Of a DNA stretch of 64,000 bases, positions 1 through 12,700 are shown one piece after another. The position numbers and the translations under genes are program-made. Position 1 is the stretch's first letter. Every line of letters begins with the position of its first letter. The stretch is from Octopus vulgaris. Taxonomy: Eukaryota. The DNA lies in assembly GCA_951406725.2 (NCBI GenBank), contig OX597823.1, positions 102,982,001 to 103,046,000 on the forward strand, given 5' to 3'. The notes beneath the pieces were generated by a model, which had not been told where the DNA came from, did no database searches, and saw only the letters and a list, made by a program, of their open reading frames with translations.

Positions 1-2404
1 ATACTGTAGACAGGGCCATTAAAGCAAAGAAACAGACCTGGAAGAGTAGGGGCAACAGGGAAGGGAAGCTAGGAGACAGGTATACCTAGCCAAAGGAGAA
101 GTAGAGAAGAAGAAGTCTGCCAATGTTCAGTGTCATGAGGACAAAAAAACTGAATTATTTCAGCTTGCAAGACAGTGCGTGAGAGAAAACTGTGATGTCA
201 TAGGAGAGAAATGTGCTTGTATGGATGATGGTGCACCTGCTTTTACTGAATCTGCAAAGAAAGGGGCTTAGAGATACCATTATGAAAGACCGCTGAATGT
301 GGAGAATGAATGGGAGGAGGAGAGCCTGCCGAATCCTGGTAGATAAAGCAATTAAGGATATGAAGACAGGGAAAGCTTCCGGCCCATCAGGAATCACTGC
401 TGAGAGGCTTAAAATATCTGGCAGTTTGGGTTATGGTCAAGTCACCTGTATTGTAAATCAGGTGGTTCATGAAGGAGTCTGGTGTAGTAGCACCATAGTC
501 AACTGCTACAAAGATAAAGATGATGCCTTAGACAGAAATAATTACAGAAGTGTCGAATTGTTCGATCAGGTGATGAAAGTTGCAGAGAGAATGCAGTTTG
601 GTTTTGTGTCAGGTAGAAGCACCATTGATGCTATATTTCTGGTAAGGCAACTGCAGGAGAAATACCTAGCTAAGGATAAACCTCTGTACTTGGCTTTTGT
701 TGACTTGGAGAAAGCTTTTGACAGAGACCCCACTGATACCTTATCTGGTGCTCAATGTGGAAACTAAGGATAGACGAGAGGTTGGTGAGAGCTTCATACA
801 GGGATGCTACCTGTAAGGTGAAAGTGGGCAATGAGTACAGTGAAGAATTCAGGGTACAAATAGGGGTTCACCAAGGATCGGTGCTTAGCCCCCTTTTGTT
901 CATCATAGTCCTCCAGGCAATAACAGAAGAATTCAAAACAGGTTGCTCCTGGGAGCTCCTCTATGCTGATGAGCTTGTTCTTATAGCTGAATCCCTACCA
1001 GAACTACAGAAGAAGATCCAGGTATGGAAGCAAGCTCTAGAATTAAAGGGCCTTAGAGTTAACCAAGCAAAAACCAAAGTCATAGTAAGTAAGAAGGCAG
1101 ACAAATCACATATCCCTTCAGGTAGACGGTCCTGTTCAATCTGTAGAAAGGGTGTAGGTAGAAACTCCATAAGATGCAGCCAACCTAATCTTTGGATGCA
1201 TAAAAGGTGTAGCAACATCAGAGGAAGGTTGACAGGGAGACTAACTTTTATATGTGGAAGGTGCACAGGGGCAATAAACACTGAAAATGTGCAGAAAATA
1301 GACTCCATCAACTAAAGGTAGTAGGTAGTTTCTGTTATCTAGGCGACCAAGTTAGTAGTGGAGGTGGATGCTCTAAGAGTGTAGCTGTGAGAATAATTCA
1401 GAGAGCTCCTACCCCTGCTGGCAACAAAGGGCCTCTCTCTCAGAATGAAAGGCAGATTGTTTGATGCCTGTGTGCGAACAGCCATGCAGCATGACAGTGA
1501 AACATGGGCTATGACAGCCAAGGACATGCGTAGGCTTGAGAGAAATGAAGCCAGTATGCTTTGCTGGATGTGCAATGTCAGTGTGCATGTTTGACAAAGT
1601 GCAAGCATCTTGAGAGAAAAGTTAGGCATAAGAGGAATCAGATGTGGTATGCAAGAGAGACGACTGCACTGGTATGGTCATATGATGCGTATGGACGAGG
1701 ACAGCTGTGTAAAGAAGTACTGATCTCTAACTGTGGAAGGAACCTGTGGTAGAGGTAGACCCGGGAAAACATGGGACAAGGTGGTGAAGCATGATCTTTG
1801 AACTTTAAGCCTTAAAGAGGCAATGACTGGTGACTGAGATCTTTGGCAATGTGCTGTGCTTGAGAGGACTTGTCAAGCCAAGAGCATCAATGCTGGTGGC
1901 ACATAAAGAACATCTTTTGAATGTTGGGCCTCCTGGAGGCAAAGTGACTGAGTTCCTTTCAAGCATTGAGCTTCATAGAGGCAAAGTGGCTAAGTTCCTT
2001 TCAAGTGTTGGGCCTCCTGGAGGCAAGGTGGTTGAGTTTCTTTTGAGTGTTGGGCCTCATGGAGACAACAACTAAGACCTTTGGTATTATGTCATGCTTG
2101 AGAAGAATAACCATCAAGCCATGCAAAATCGCAGTCATGGCAGATACTGGTGTCACACAAATTAGCACCTATGCTAGTGGCACATAAATGCACTCTGGTG
2201 TCATGCAAATGGCACTCATACCTGCGGCACATAAAAGTACACATTACACTCTCGGAGTGGTTGGCATTAGGAAAGGCATCCAGCTGTAAAAAACCATGCC
2301 AAATCAGACTGGAATCTGGTGCAACCTTCCAGTGTGCCAGCCCAGTCAAACTGCCCAACTCATGCCAGTATTGACAACAGATGTTAAATGATGATGATGA
2401 TGAT
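1..2404 (+). mobile_element. RTE-type LINE, 3' portion, degenerate (RT, PHD-like finger, C-terminus, 3' UTR, (GAT)n tail)
   Basis: RT motifs LYLAFVDLEKAFDR, GVHQGSVLSPLLF and YADE (decayed YADD) in ORFs 297..767 and 755..1315 with a frameshift; C-terminal RGRPGKTWD; ends in gttaaat(gat)n at ~2404. Confidence 0.88.
1916..2080 (+). repeat. 42-bp tandem repeat, ~4 copies, inside the LINE 3' UTR
   Basis: Unit ...tgttgggcctcctggaggcaaagtgrctgagttcc; visible as a 14-aa period in ORF 1830..2075. Confidence 0.85.
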
Positions 2405-2540
2405 AACATGCCTTTTCAAGTATATTAAATCCCCACATCTCCCAGTCCCTTGTCATTTCGTCAGTCGGGCCCAGTATTTGAAGATCCTTTCTCACCACTT
2501 CGTCCTATCCATACACACACATAAACTCACCCCACCACCA

Positions 2541-3055
2541 TCATCATCATCATTTAATGTCCGTTCTCCATGCTAGTATGGGTTGGACAGTTCGACCGGG
2601 GTCTAGGCAGCTAGGAGGCTGCACCAGGCTCCAGTCTGATCTGGCAGTGTTTCTACAGCTGGATGCCCTTCCTAACGCCAACCACTCCATGAGTGTAGTG
2701 GGTGCTTTTTATGTGCCAGGCAAGGCTAGCAACGGCCACGATCGGTTGGTGCTTTTTATGTGCCACCAGCACAGAAGCCAGTCAAGGCGGTGCTGGTAAC
2801 GGCCACGTTCAGATGGTGCTTTTTACGTGCCACTGGCACAGGTGCCAAGGGAGGCTGGCAACGGCCACGACTGGTTGGTGGTTTTTACGTGCCACCAGCA
2901 TGGAAGCCAGTCAAGGTGGCGCTGACATCGACCACGAACGGATGGTGCTTTTTACGTGCACTAGCACAGGTGCCAGGGGAGGCTGGCACCGTCCACGATC
3001 GGTTGGTGCTTTTTATGTGCCACCGGTACGGAAGCCTGTCAAGGCAGCACTGGCA
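2541..3055 (-). mobile_element. RTE-3'-end / SINE-like module with ~6 internal ~60-nt tandem units
   Basis: (cat)n-ttaatgtccgttctccatgctag...ggatgcccttcctaacgccaacc followed by repeated ggtgctttttaygtgccacc. Confidence 0.85.
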
Positions 3056-3188
3056 TATATATTATATAGACACAAACTTGGGTTTACAAGCAAGAAGAAA
3101 ACATACTCAATACAATAACAAAGTATAAATATTCCTACACCTTGTTTAAAGCACCAAAAAGGAAAAACAGTGAAAGTAAAGAACTGAC

Positions 3189-3328
3189 CCGTAGAGTAGT
3201 TACTGCATAGTCTTCTTCGCTATTATTGTACACTATATTCACATAGTCGTTACCAATGTGACGTTTTTTGTTATTTCGAAGTTTATCATTTTTCATGTTT
3301 GGCATCAATGTGGCTATATGGAAGATGA
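3189..3328 (-). CDS. TSC2: TSC2 exon, 140 nt (GAP catalytic helix; asparagine thumb codon at 3249-3251)
   Basis: cag|[46 protein letters not shown]|gtcagt. Confidence 0.96.
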
Positions 3329-3678
3329 CTGAAACAAGTGAAAAAAAAAAAAAAAAGTAATCACATGATCAATGATTATTATAATTAATTTATATATACA
3401 TGTGTGTATTTGCATTTCCTCTAAGAATCTATAAGTCAAAAAAATAGGCACTCATATGTTTGTTAATAGAGAGGATATATTAATCAAAGTCTATGTTATT
3501 AGAAATCCATTTTATCTTATCTATCAGTTTCACATTGGATATTAGGTAACAGGGCAGTAATCTAAACACACATGCTCTTTGGAGATGGTTGGTATGGAAT
3601 AAATATGCTATCTAATATCCAGTTTGAAACCAGTTGGAAAGATTCGCTTAAATGGACCTACAATATTGTATGCTTTGA

Positions 3679-3727
<49 letters not shown>

Positions 3728-6700
3728 GCTGTACCAGTGCTTGCTTGAGTTTCTAAAATAACTAAAATAAATATAACCAGGAGTTCACTACTTGGATAAA
3801 TTGGCTGAAAAAGCAACAGACAATCTTCAGTTCATCCCAAAATGTTGATTTTCTCAAAATTACTGCAGGCGAATCATCCAGATGGTTTAAGATGAACTTC
3901 ACAATAATGTGCAAAGTAAGCAAACAAACAAATAAATAAATAAATATGGAACCTAAAACAAAGTCTTGTTTTTACATACATTTAAAAAATATTTTCTCAG
4001 ACAACCTGCATTTTCTTCAAAATGCTCTTCTAATTTACATAATTATTTTAAATTAATTATCTTTCTAATTATGAAAAATTTTCCAATTTCTACTGCCCTG
4101 CTTGGAGTATACAATACTTTTAGTTTCCGTCAGAAGCAAAAAAAAACAAAAAAACTAGCAAAATACACAGAATAAAGAATTAGTTTATTAGAATTAATAA
4201 CTATGTTTTTACCTTGCATGAATTCATCATGCCAGCTGTAGGTAAATTGGCCGTCTGATTTTTCCCGTCCATCAAGTCCACCAAGAAAAACACATTTTCC
4301 ATCTGTGTCTTTTAAGTGTATTAGTTGTCCCAAGCTTTCTATGAACTTCTGGTACCGATTTGATCCATGTTGGTTGGATAGAATATCTACTTCACTATTG
4401 CACTGGTGAAAGACAAATAAAGAAAATAGTTTAATATAGTTTCCAGATTTAAAAAAAAAATAGTTGTCAGCATTGTAAAGAGGAATAGTAATCTGTAATT
4501 TTGTTCTGCCTATTGAAGCATTGTATATTTCAGTGTTAAGCTTTAGACAACATTAACTATGGAATGATATCAAAGACATAACTGAAATCTCCAACAATGA
4601 AGCAAGTTTGAGTATTGTGTTTTAAACAGCCTTAACTACTAAAGACATAATGAAACACTTTAATGTACTGAAACAAAAATAAGAAGATCTATAAAGCTAA
4701 CAACAACAACTAAGATCTTCTCTGGTGAACAAAGAGGTTGTAAATGTGGGTCATAAGGATGCAGGGATCAACTGCTGATTAAGAAGATGATTCTTGACAA
4801 TTGTCACAGCAGGAAAAAAAAAAACATCTCTTAGTGACCTGGATAGACCATAAGAAATTTTTGATTGTCTTCCTAACAGCTGGATAGAGGAATGCCTGGA
4901 AGCATTCAAAATTTCATGAGTAATCAGGAATTTTGTATGTTATGTCATGAAACTCTAGAAAACAACACAAATTCTCAATACTGACACTACAAGAATAAAG
5001 TCAGGAAAAGTTGATATTAATTATGGGATCTTTCAAGGAGGCTCGCTATCTCCTTTGTTATTCTGTTTAGCACTACTTCCTATAAGCAAAATTCTGAATG
5101 AAACAAATTATGGATACAAGCGGTATGAAAAAATGTCAATCAACTTCTTATGGATGACTTAAAACTGTTTGCAAAAAGCGATCAACAACTGCAGGTACTC
5201 TTTCACACACTCAATTTAGTGATTACTTCAAAATGGAATTTGGGCTTGACGAATCCAGCAAGGCCACATTTATCAAGGGAAATTCATCAAGAATATGCAA
5301 CACCAGTATAGATAGATATACTGAAATAAAAGAATTAGAACCTGAGAGCAGTTATAAATATCTAGGAGTATGTGAAAGAGATGGGATCAAATACTCATTA
5401 ATGAGAGAAAAAATAAGAAAAAAGTGCTATTGGAGGGTAAGAGATATTCTGAAAACCCAATTTGAATGCCAAAAACAAAATTGAGGCCATAAGCACGCTG
5501 GCCATGCCAGTAATCACATATAGCTTCAATGTTACAAACTGATCCATCTCTGATTTCAACAAAGGTGATGTCAAAATCCGAAAGTTGAAGAAAATTCATT
5601 GTGTGCATCACCCAAAAGCTGACAGTGACAAAATAAGGTGATTGGAGATTAATACAATCTCAACTCTCATTGAAAATTGTAACCATGGGACTTTCTGCCA
5701 TTCTGCAATACACAAATGACTGGATGTTAAAACTGGTTCTGAAACATGAACATAAAGAGAGACAAAATGTTACCAAGCATTTTGTCTGGTGTCCCAACAA
5801 TTCTTTGCCAGCACACTGAACAACATCATCATCATCATCGTTTAACGTCCGCTTTCCATGCTAGCACGGGTTGGACGATTTGACTGAGGTCTGGTGAACC
5901 AGATGGCTGCACCAGTCTCCAATCTGATCTGGCAAAGTTTCTACAGCTGGATGCCCTTCCTAACGCCAACCACTCCGAGAGTGTAGTGGGTGCTTTTATG
6001 TGCCACCAGCATGGGGGCCAATCAGGCGGTAGTGGCAACGGCCATGCTCAAATGATGCTTTTTATGTGCCACCTGCACAGGAGCCAGTCCAGCGGCACTG
6101 GTGACTACCTCGCTCGAATGGTGCTTTTATGTGCCACCTGCACAGGAGCTAGTCCAGTGGCACTGGCAACGACCTCGCTCGAATGTTTTTTCATGTTCCA
6201 CCAGCACAAGTGCCAGTAAGGCAACGTAGGTAACGGGCGACGCAAGTAACAATAATAACAAATACCTGAAAAAATTGAATAACTCATTTACCTGATTCTC
6301 ACCAACATATAACACACCAATTTTGTGCGTTTCATAGGATGGAATAAAGTCTAAGATATCTAATGATCGTTGTGTATCCTGTGAAATAAAAATGGAAAAA
6401 AAACACAAATTATTCAAGAAAAATTGCTTCAAAAGCTGTTATGATACTTATTTACTAAATTGCTTCCTTCTATATAGATTAAATATTTATACTAGCTCAG
6501 TTTTCTCTCACGACTCCTTTGTACTGTCATTCATGCATATATACATATATATATATATGCCATTACTCTGTGTATATGTGCATGCACATGATAGCACACA
6601 ACAGAAAATAGAGAATAACAGAAACCAATAAAGTGGTATCAAAGTGAAGACTGACAGAACTGTAAAAAATTTCAAATTTAATGAGGGAGGCAAAAGAGAT

Positions 6701-9700
6701 ATTGTGACATCCATACACCTCTCAGGAGTATTAGTGACATAAGCAGAATCACAAAAGTGTTACCTCCCAAAACTGAAACCAGCTCCTGGAATCACCAATT
6801 TGTCAGAGTACTTGTTAACGCATTGATAAAAAAAAGAATGGATAAGTTATATGGATCAAGAAGTAAGCAATTTTTTGTTCTCTAAGGCAGCAGTTCCTAA
6901 CCAAAGGTATAGGAATCAAAGGCTGGGGATACGTGACTTTATCTCAAGTATCATTTTGCACAGAAAAAAAAAGATAAAAGAAAAATCCTTTGCCCCTATT
7001 CTATTTCAGGTTAACCTTAGTTTGTAGTGAAAATGGTACACTCCTTCCCACATGACAAAGTGGTATGAGGTTCCATTATAAAGTCAGTTAGTCTTTGTAG
7101 GGGGTCAGTAGAAGTAGAGCCATTGTACGAGTTCTCAGTTGGAGTTAGTGTCAGTTAAGTGATATATACAAGTTCTAGTTACATCAAGGGAGATGTTTCA
7201 AAGTCGTTGTCTTGCGGGGCTATCAGCAATAGCATGATAGATGAGTCAAAGATAAGACATGGAATACCGTCACAACATAATAGTGGAAACAAGAATATTA
7301 CACTACCAATGACAACATACTAGTGGACAAGGATCCACATTATAACACCTTATTTAAAATAAAACTAAGCCATTAGTATCTTTGGAAACCATACAGGTAC
7401 CTTATGGGACTGGCAGAGATCATGGTGATTTCAACAGTCTGATGAAGGAGTAGTGGGATATATTGAACTTTGGGGGTCTGAAATCATAAAAATAATTAAG
7501 ATCCACTGCTCTAAGGAAAGGCAGGAATATCGGAGCTTTTTGAGTACCCTGTATCTGATGGTTGTAGCAATGATGGTTGTTGTTAGTCCAGTAATCAAAG
7601 ACTACCAACAGCCCCAGTTTTCTATTGCTTTCTTCATATCAACAGGAAGACATTAAGTGAGCCTTGCAAGATGTGAAAACACTCATCAATTTGACAGTGC
7701 TGCTGCTGCTGGCTTACAGCAGTGAAGTACTGTGTCACCTGACAGGGCCTACTCACAGTTAGGTGAACTCAGCCACTGTGTATTAAGTATTTCCATCATA
7801 GCCAATGTGATGGCAGTTTCAGGTATGATCCAGTGAATTTTGGAATCAATACCCAATCCATTTGGCCCTTCACACGCTTTAATTTGTGTCTGGCCAAAAG
7901 AAATTAATATATAAAGAAAAAAAGAAACTCACCTGATTGTTGGGTAATAGCAAAGGAATGTCAGGAGGTGACAAGAATATTAACCCATCATACAATTGGA
8001 GAAAGACAAAGCTGGGGTCAATACCACCCTTTACTTCATCCTTTTCTTCTTTCGTCTTCTGTTGACTGTCTTGCTGCACTTTCTTTAGGTTCTGGTAGGT
8101 GTGGTGTGGTGATGGAATTGATATCGTCTGACCACGTGGCCTGTGTGGAACTATGGACTCTAAAGAACCATGCTCATCAAAATCATCAGGATCCACATGA
8201 GTCGGTGCCACCTTCATACTCATTAGTCTTGGTCTGTATCCCGGATCATCATTATAGTAACTACTTGGAATTGGCAAAGGTGGAGTTTGTTGGCGTTTTG
8301 GCTGGACTTGTTGCAGCTGTGACTGAGAATACTAAAGGATTTAAGAAGAATTGTGATTAATGAGAATATGCCTTCTAAATAGTCTTGGATATGTTTAATT
8401 TTCAAAAGTTTGAATAACAATGACAGTACCTTCAATGTCTTACATTTAGCACTACCATTTTCTTATTATCATAGAACTTTATTTAAGCATAAATGCTACA
8501 AGTCATATCACCCTTATGACCCTCATCATTAAAGATCCATGTTCTACGCTGGTATGGGTTGGTCAGTTTGACAGGCCCTGATGGTTCCATGGCCTGAATT
8601 GTGCTCCAGTGTTTGCTTTAGCATGGTTTCTATGTACCTCTGAATTGTTCCTGGTACTGTGCATCTCTCTTGTACTCTGTTCACATGCACTTCAGATCAT
8701 CTTTGTTGCCAACTATTACCTCCCTGACCCATTTCTATTTCCTACCTTCTTCCTTCACCCAAACTGATATTCATCACTGACCATGCTTCACCCATATTCC
8801 CCATTCATTGCATTTATCTTTATCCATCTGCCAGTTTCCTTTCACATTCTCACAAACCTAACATTCCATTCACCCTCTTTGATCCTCTGACCACTTCTCT
8901 CTTATATTCACTTTCCTACAAATTGAGGATATAACCTAACACATCCTCAAAACTCCCTTTTCCCAACTGGGGTACCCATATATCTCCTCTACAGCAAGAC
9001 ACTTGCTCCTATCTCTCAATCATACTTTAACTTCTCATCACTTGGCATAAAACCACCTCCCTCAATACTACACTCTCCACTCAGTTGCAAGGTCTTGTCT
9101 TGTGACCTGGCAATCTCAATAGTGCTGATGCCATGAAAAAAAAAAGCACCCAGTATACACTTGTAAAGCGGTTGGTGTTAGGAAAGGCATCCAGCCATAG
9201 AAACCAGGCCAAAGTAGACACTGGGAGCTTGGTGCTGTTGAACCATCTAACCCATGCCAGCCTGGAAAATGGATGTTAAACAATGAAGATGATGATAATG
9301 TACATGAGTTCAAGTTGTGGAGGAGGTAGCAGTTGATAAAAACCAATCCCAGCACTTGGCTGGATAATTTCTTTCTCAACCCTGGGTGGATTAAAAGAGG
9401 TAAAATTAACCTCTACAAAATTTGAACTTTAACTATGTAGACTCATAACCAAATACCACAAAAGACTTTGTTCAATGTTTCACCAATACTACCTTTCCCA
9501 TCCATAACAAGATTTCATTAGAAATTCAACATTATATAAATAAAAAGAACAATTTACACAATTACAAAAATTTAGCAAATTAATGTAAAAGATTGTCTGA
9601 AATTAACATTTTGGGCGACAGTGAATTAGATTAACCATGTAAATGAATTAACTAAATCTAAATTATTTTCATGGAGCTAATTGACAGATATATTACAAAA

Positions 9701-12700
9701 TATTAAAAAAATATATTTTTAAATATTTTACATCAACTGAAAATATTTTTTCAAAAAATGTTTAAAATAAGAGATTAACCCTCTCACCATGAGAAAATAT
9801 GAAACAAGGAAGTTTATTTCAATAAACACCTTACATGTTAATGCTCACTAACCCTTTGGAACTGTTGCAATAAAACTATCATCATCATCGTTTAACATCT
9901 GCCTTCCATGCTAGCATGGGTTGGACAATTTTGACTGAGGGCTGGTGAACCAGATGGCTGCACCAGGCTCCAATCTTGATCTGGCAGAGTTTCTACAGCT
10001 GGATGCCCTTCGTAACGCCAACCACTCCGGCATGGGGGCCAGTCAGGCGGTACTGGCAATGACCTCGCTCGAATCTTTTTACATATGCCACCGGCACAGG
10101 TGCCAGTAAGGCAACGTTTGTGCTAATATATTACAATAAGTCATAAGGAAGTGCAAAGGGATTAACTTAACCATTCAGCATTCAGATTATTCTGGCAAAT
10201 GTATTCATTCACCCTGCTTTGGATTAATTATGCATTATCTCATAGCATTGAGATTTTGATGATGTGAGTGTTTATTTTTAGAATGACATTGTAGGTAAGT
10301 GTGAGAGGCCAGATCTGACTGGTTTGAACACAAAACAGATAGAATATTTGGGTTGGATTATGGCCTTAATCCAAAAGGATTAAAGGCTATTTTGGTTGGT
10401 GAGAGAGTTAATGCAATCATTACACCATGACATATATTAATAATAACAATAATTATGATAATTATTACTGTAATTACAATAAAATGAAATAAAAACAATA
10501 CAAGCTGCAGCTGATATGAGAATATCAAATAAAATAAAATAAAAAATAAAAAAGTAAAATTAAGTGCAGAGTAAATAAAAATAAATTAGAGGACTACTTC
10601 AAGTTTGTGTGTTTGTATGTGTCAGGCTTCTTGCTTTAGAAGAGATCAACACCATCCATAGGTATTTATTATTAATGATGAATCTATACTAAGACATTCT
10701 GTACAAATACATCACCATGTGTATATATATATATATATATACATACACATGGTGATGTATTTGTTTTAGATTTCATTTACAATACTGAGATTAGATTATG
10801 TTTTTTAATCTCAGTATAATGATTTTGCCTAGATATAGCAGCACTAATAACCAGTTGTTAGGACTCAATATAATTATGCTTTAGAGAGTACAGAGTATGG
10901 CATCAATTAATTAATGGAACAAGAGCAGGAGTCATATAATCACCTTCACTGGCTTACACCTGTTTCTGCTATACAAAGCAGTGTTTGAACAGCATCCTAT
11001 AGCTTCCTCGGAGCCATATGTACACACTATGCCTGTATATGTAACATCAAGATTATTTTAGAATTTTGTTACCTAATTTACTAGAAGTAAACGATTGCTG
11101 AATTGGGTCAGCAACACCCTACAAAGCAGTGACTATAAGGCAGTCTTCATCACCTCAGCAATCAGAGAAAGAACATATTATGCAGGATACTGCTGGAGAA
11201 GGAAGGATCAAATGTCTGGCAATTTCCTCTGGGAATTTATGCATGGATATACAGAGATCAGCAGAATAAGAAGAGCATATATCAACTTATGGAAGATGGA
11301 GGATATGAAGAGTGTTATGGAAGATCGGAACATCTAATGTGGAAGAGTTATGAGGCGGTATCAAAAACTTTCCTGGACTAGTTCTTTAGCATGCCAACAG
11401 ATGGCAGTACACAGTTGCATACATGGTGAGAACTAGCAATGACCTTCATGAAGCAGCGTGCCGAGTGACATTGCTGTGTTTACTTTGCAAGTAGTGAAAT
11501 TTGTGTTTTTGAGATCACGTGTTTGCTGTAGTCTGTGATTTTTGTTATGAAGAGGATGCAGAAACAAAGAGCCGACATGAAATTTTGCATTAAACTTGTG
11601 AAGTCTGCTACAGAGACATCAAGCATGCTTTGGCAAGCTTCAAAGTTTCATGTGGCATAAGTGCTTCAAAAGCAGGAGAACATCCCTGGAAGGTCAGCCA
11701 CAAATATCACCCCCGAAAATATGGAGAAAATTCATCAGCTTGTGCATGAGGATAATTGGAGGACAATCAATGATGTTTTGAAGTGCTTGAGGGAGGACAT
11801 TCAGGGAAAGCAACTAAATCTGTGGAGCACCAAGAATTGGGTTCTTCACAACAACAATATACTCTGTCACCTCACTTGTGTTTCTCACCAAAAACAACAT
11901 GGTATCGCTTCTGCACCTGCCTTATTCATCCGATTTAGAACCTGCAGACTTCCGTCTCTTCCCCAAGATGAAAATGCAGCTCAAAAGTTTGCCATTTTAA
12001 CACCGTTGTCGAGATCAAGAGGAAATTGCAGAAGGTCCTCGACTCGTTTACAGAAAATTACTTCTAGGCCAGATTCCAAAAGTGGCAGGAATGCTGGGCA
12101 ATGTGAGTGTTGCTGTGCAAGGTGACTATTTCGAAAGAAATGATGTTAAAACTTAAGGAAATTATTTTTTATTATACATAACTAGTCTGGGAACTTTTTG
12201 ATACCAACTCATAAATTGTTTTGGGCAACTGGATAGATATGTCTAGGTTATAGTGAATATAAAAGAAAGAATTAGAGAGACAGGCATGAGAAATATTGTG
12301 AAAAGACAATGTAAAATGAAAGACCAGAGAATCCAATGGTGTTAATTTGAAAAATGTTCCCCATAAATGAAAGGGTATTAAATAGAGAACCAAGGAGAAA
12401 AAACACGAAAGAGAAGAAATTATATAAAATGACAGAGGACGAGAAGAAACAAAGTGAGAAAAGAGAATCATAAAATTATTCTTGCCTTTCAAGAGTGTAA
12501 AGAGGGAAGTTAAAAATTACTAAAATGCTATATGAGTAGCTGAGAGAGAGAATGTGTGTGTGTTAGTTGTAAAGCTACATACGTAACTGAAAGACCTAGT
12601 TTTGTGCAATGCATTTATCAAAAGACTGATGAATACCTCTAAATTATTGAGTCACTTATGAAGCTTTATAGAAAATATATACTGAGTTCTGTTTTTGTCA

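Noticed and set aside
2700-3055. CRISPR-like look of conserved ggtgctttttaygtgccacc repeats with intervening sequence (also 57139-57790)
   Set aside because: The intervening segments are homologous to each other, the arrays sit inside a dispersed retroelement 3' module in an animal intron, and there are no cas genes
7020-7870. Coding-like, repeat-poor stretches (also ~28140-28560, 33900-34560, 48380-48590)
   Set aside because: No recognisable motifs or clean ORFs; probably old TE debris that needs a database search
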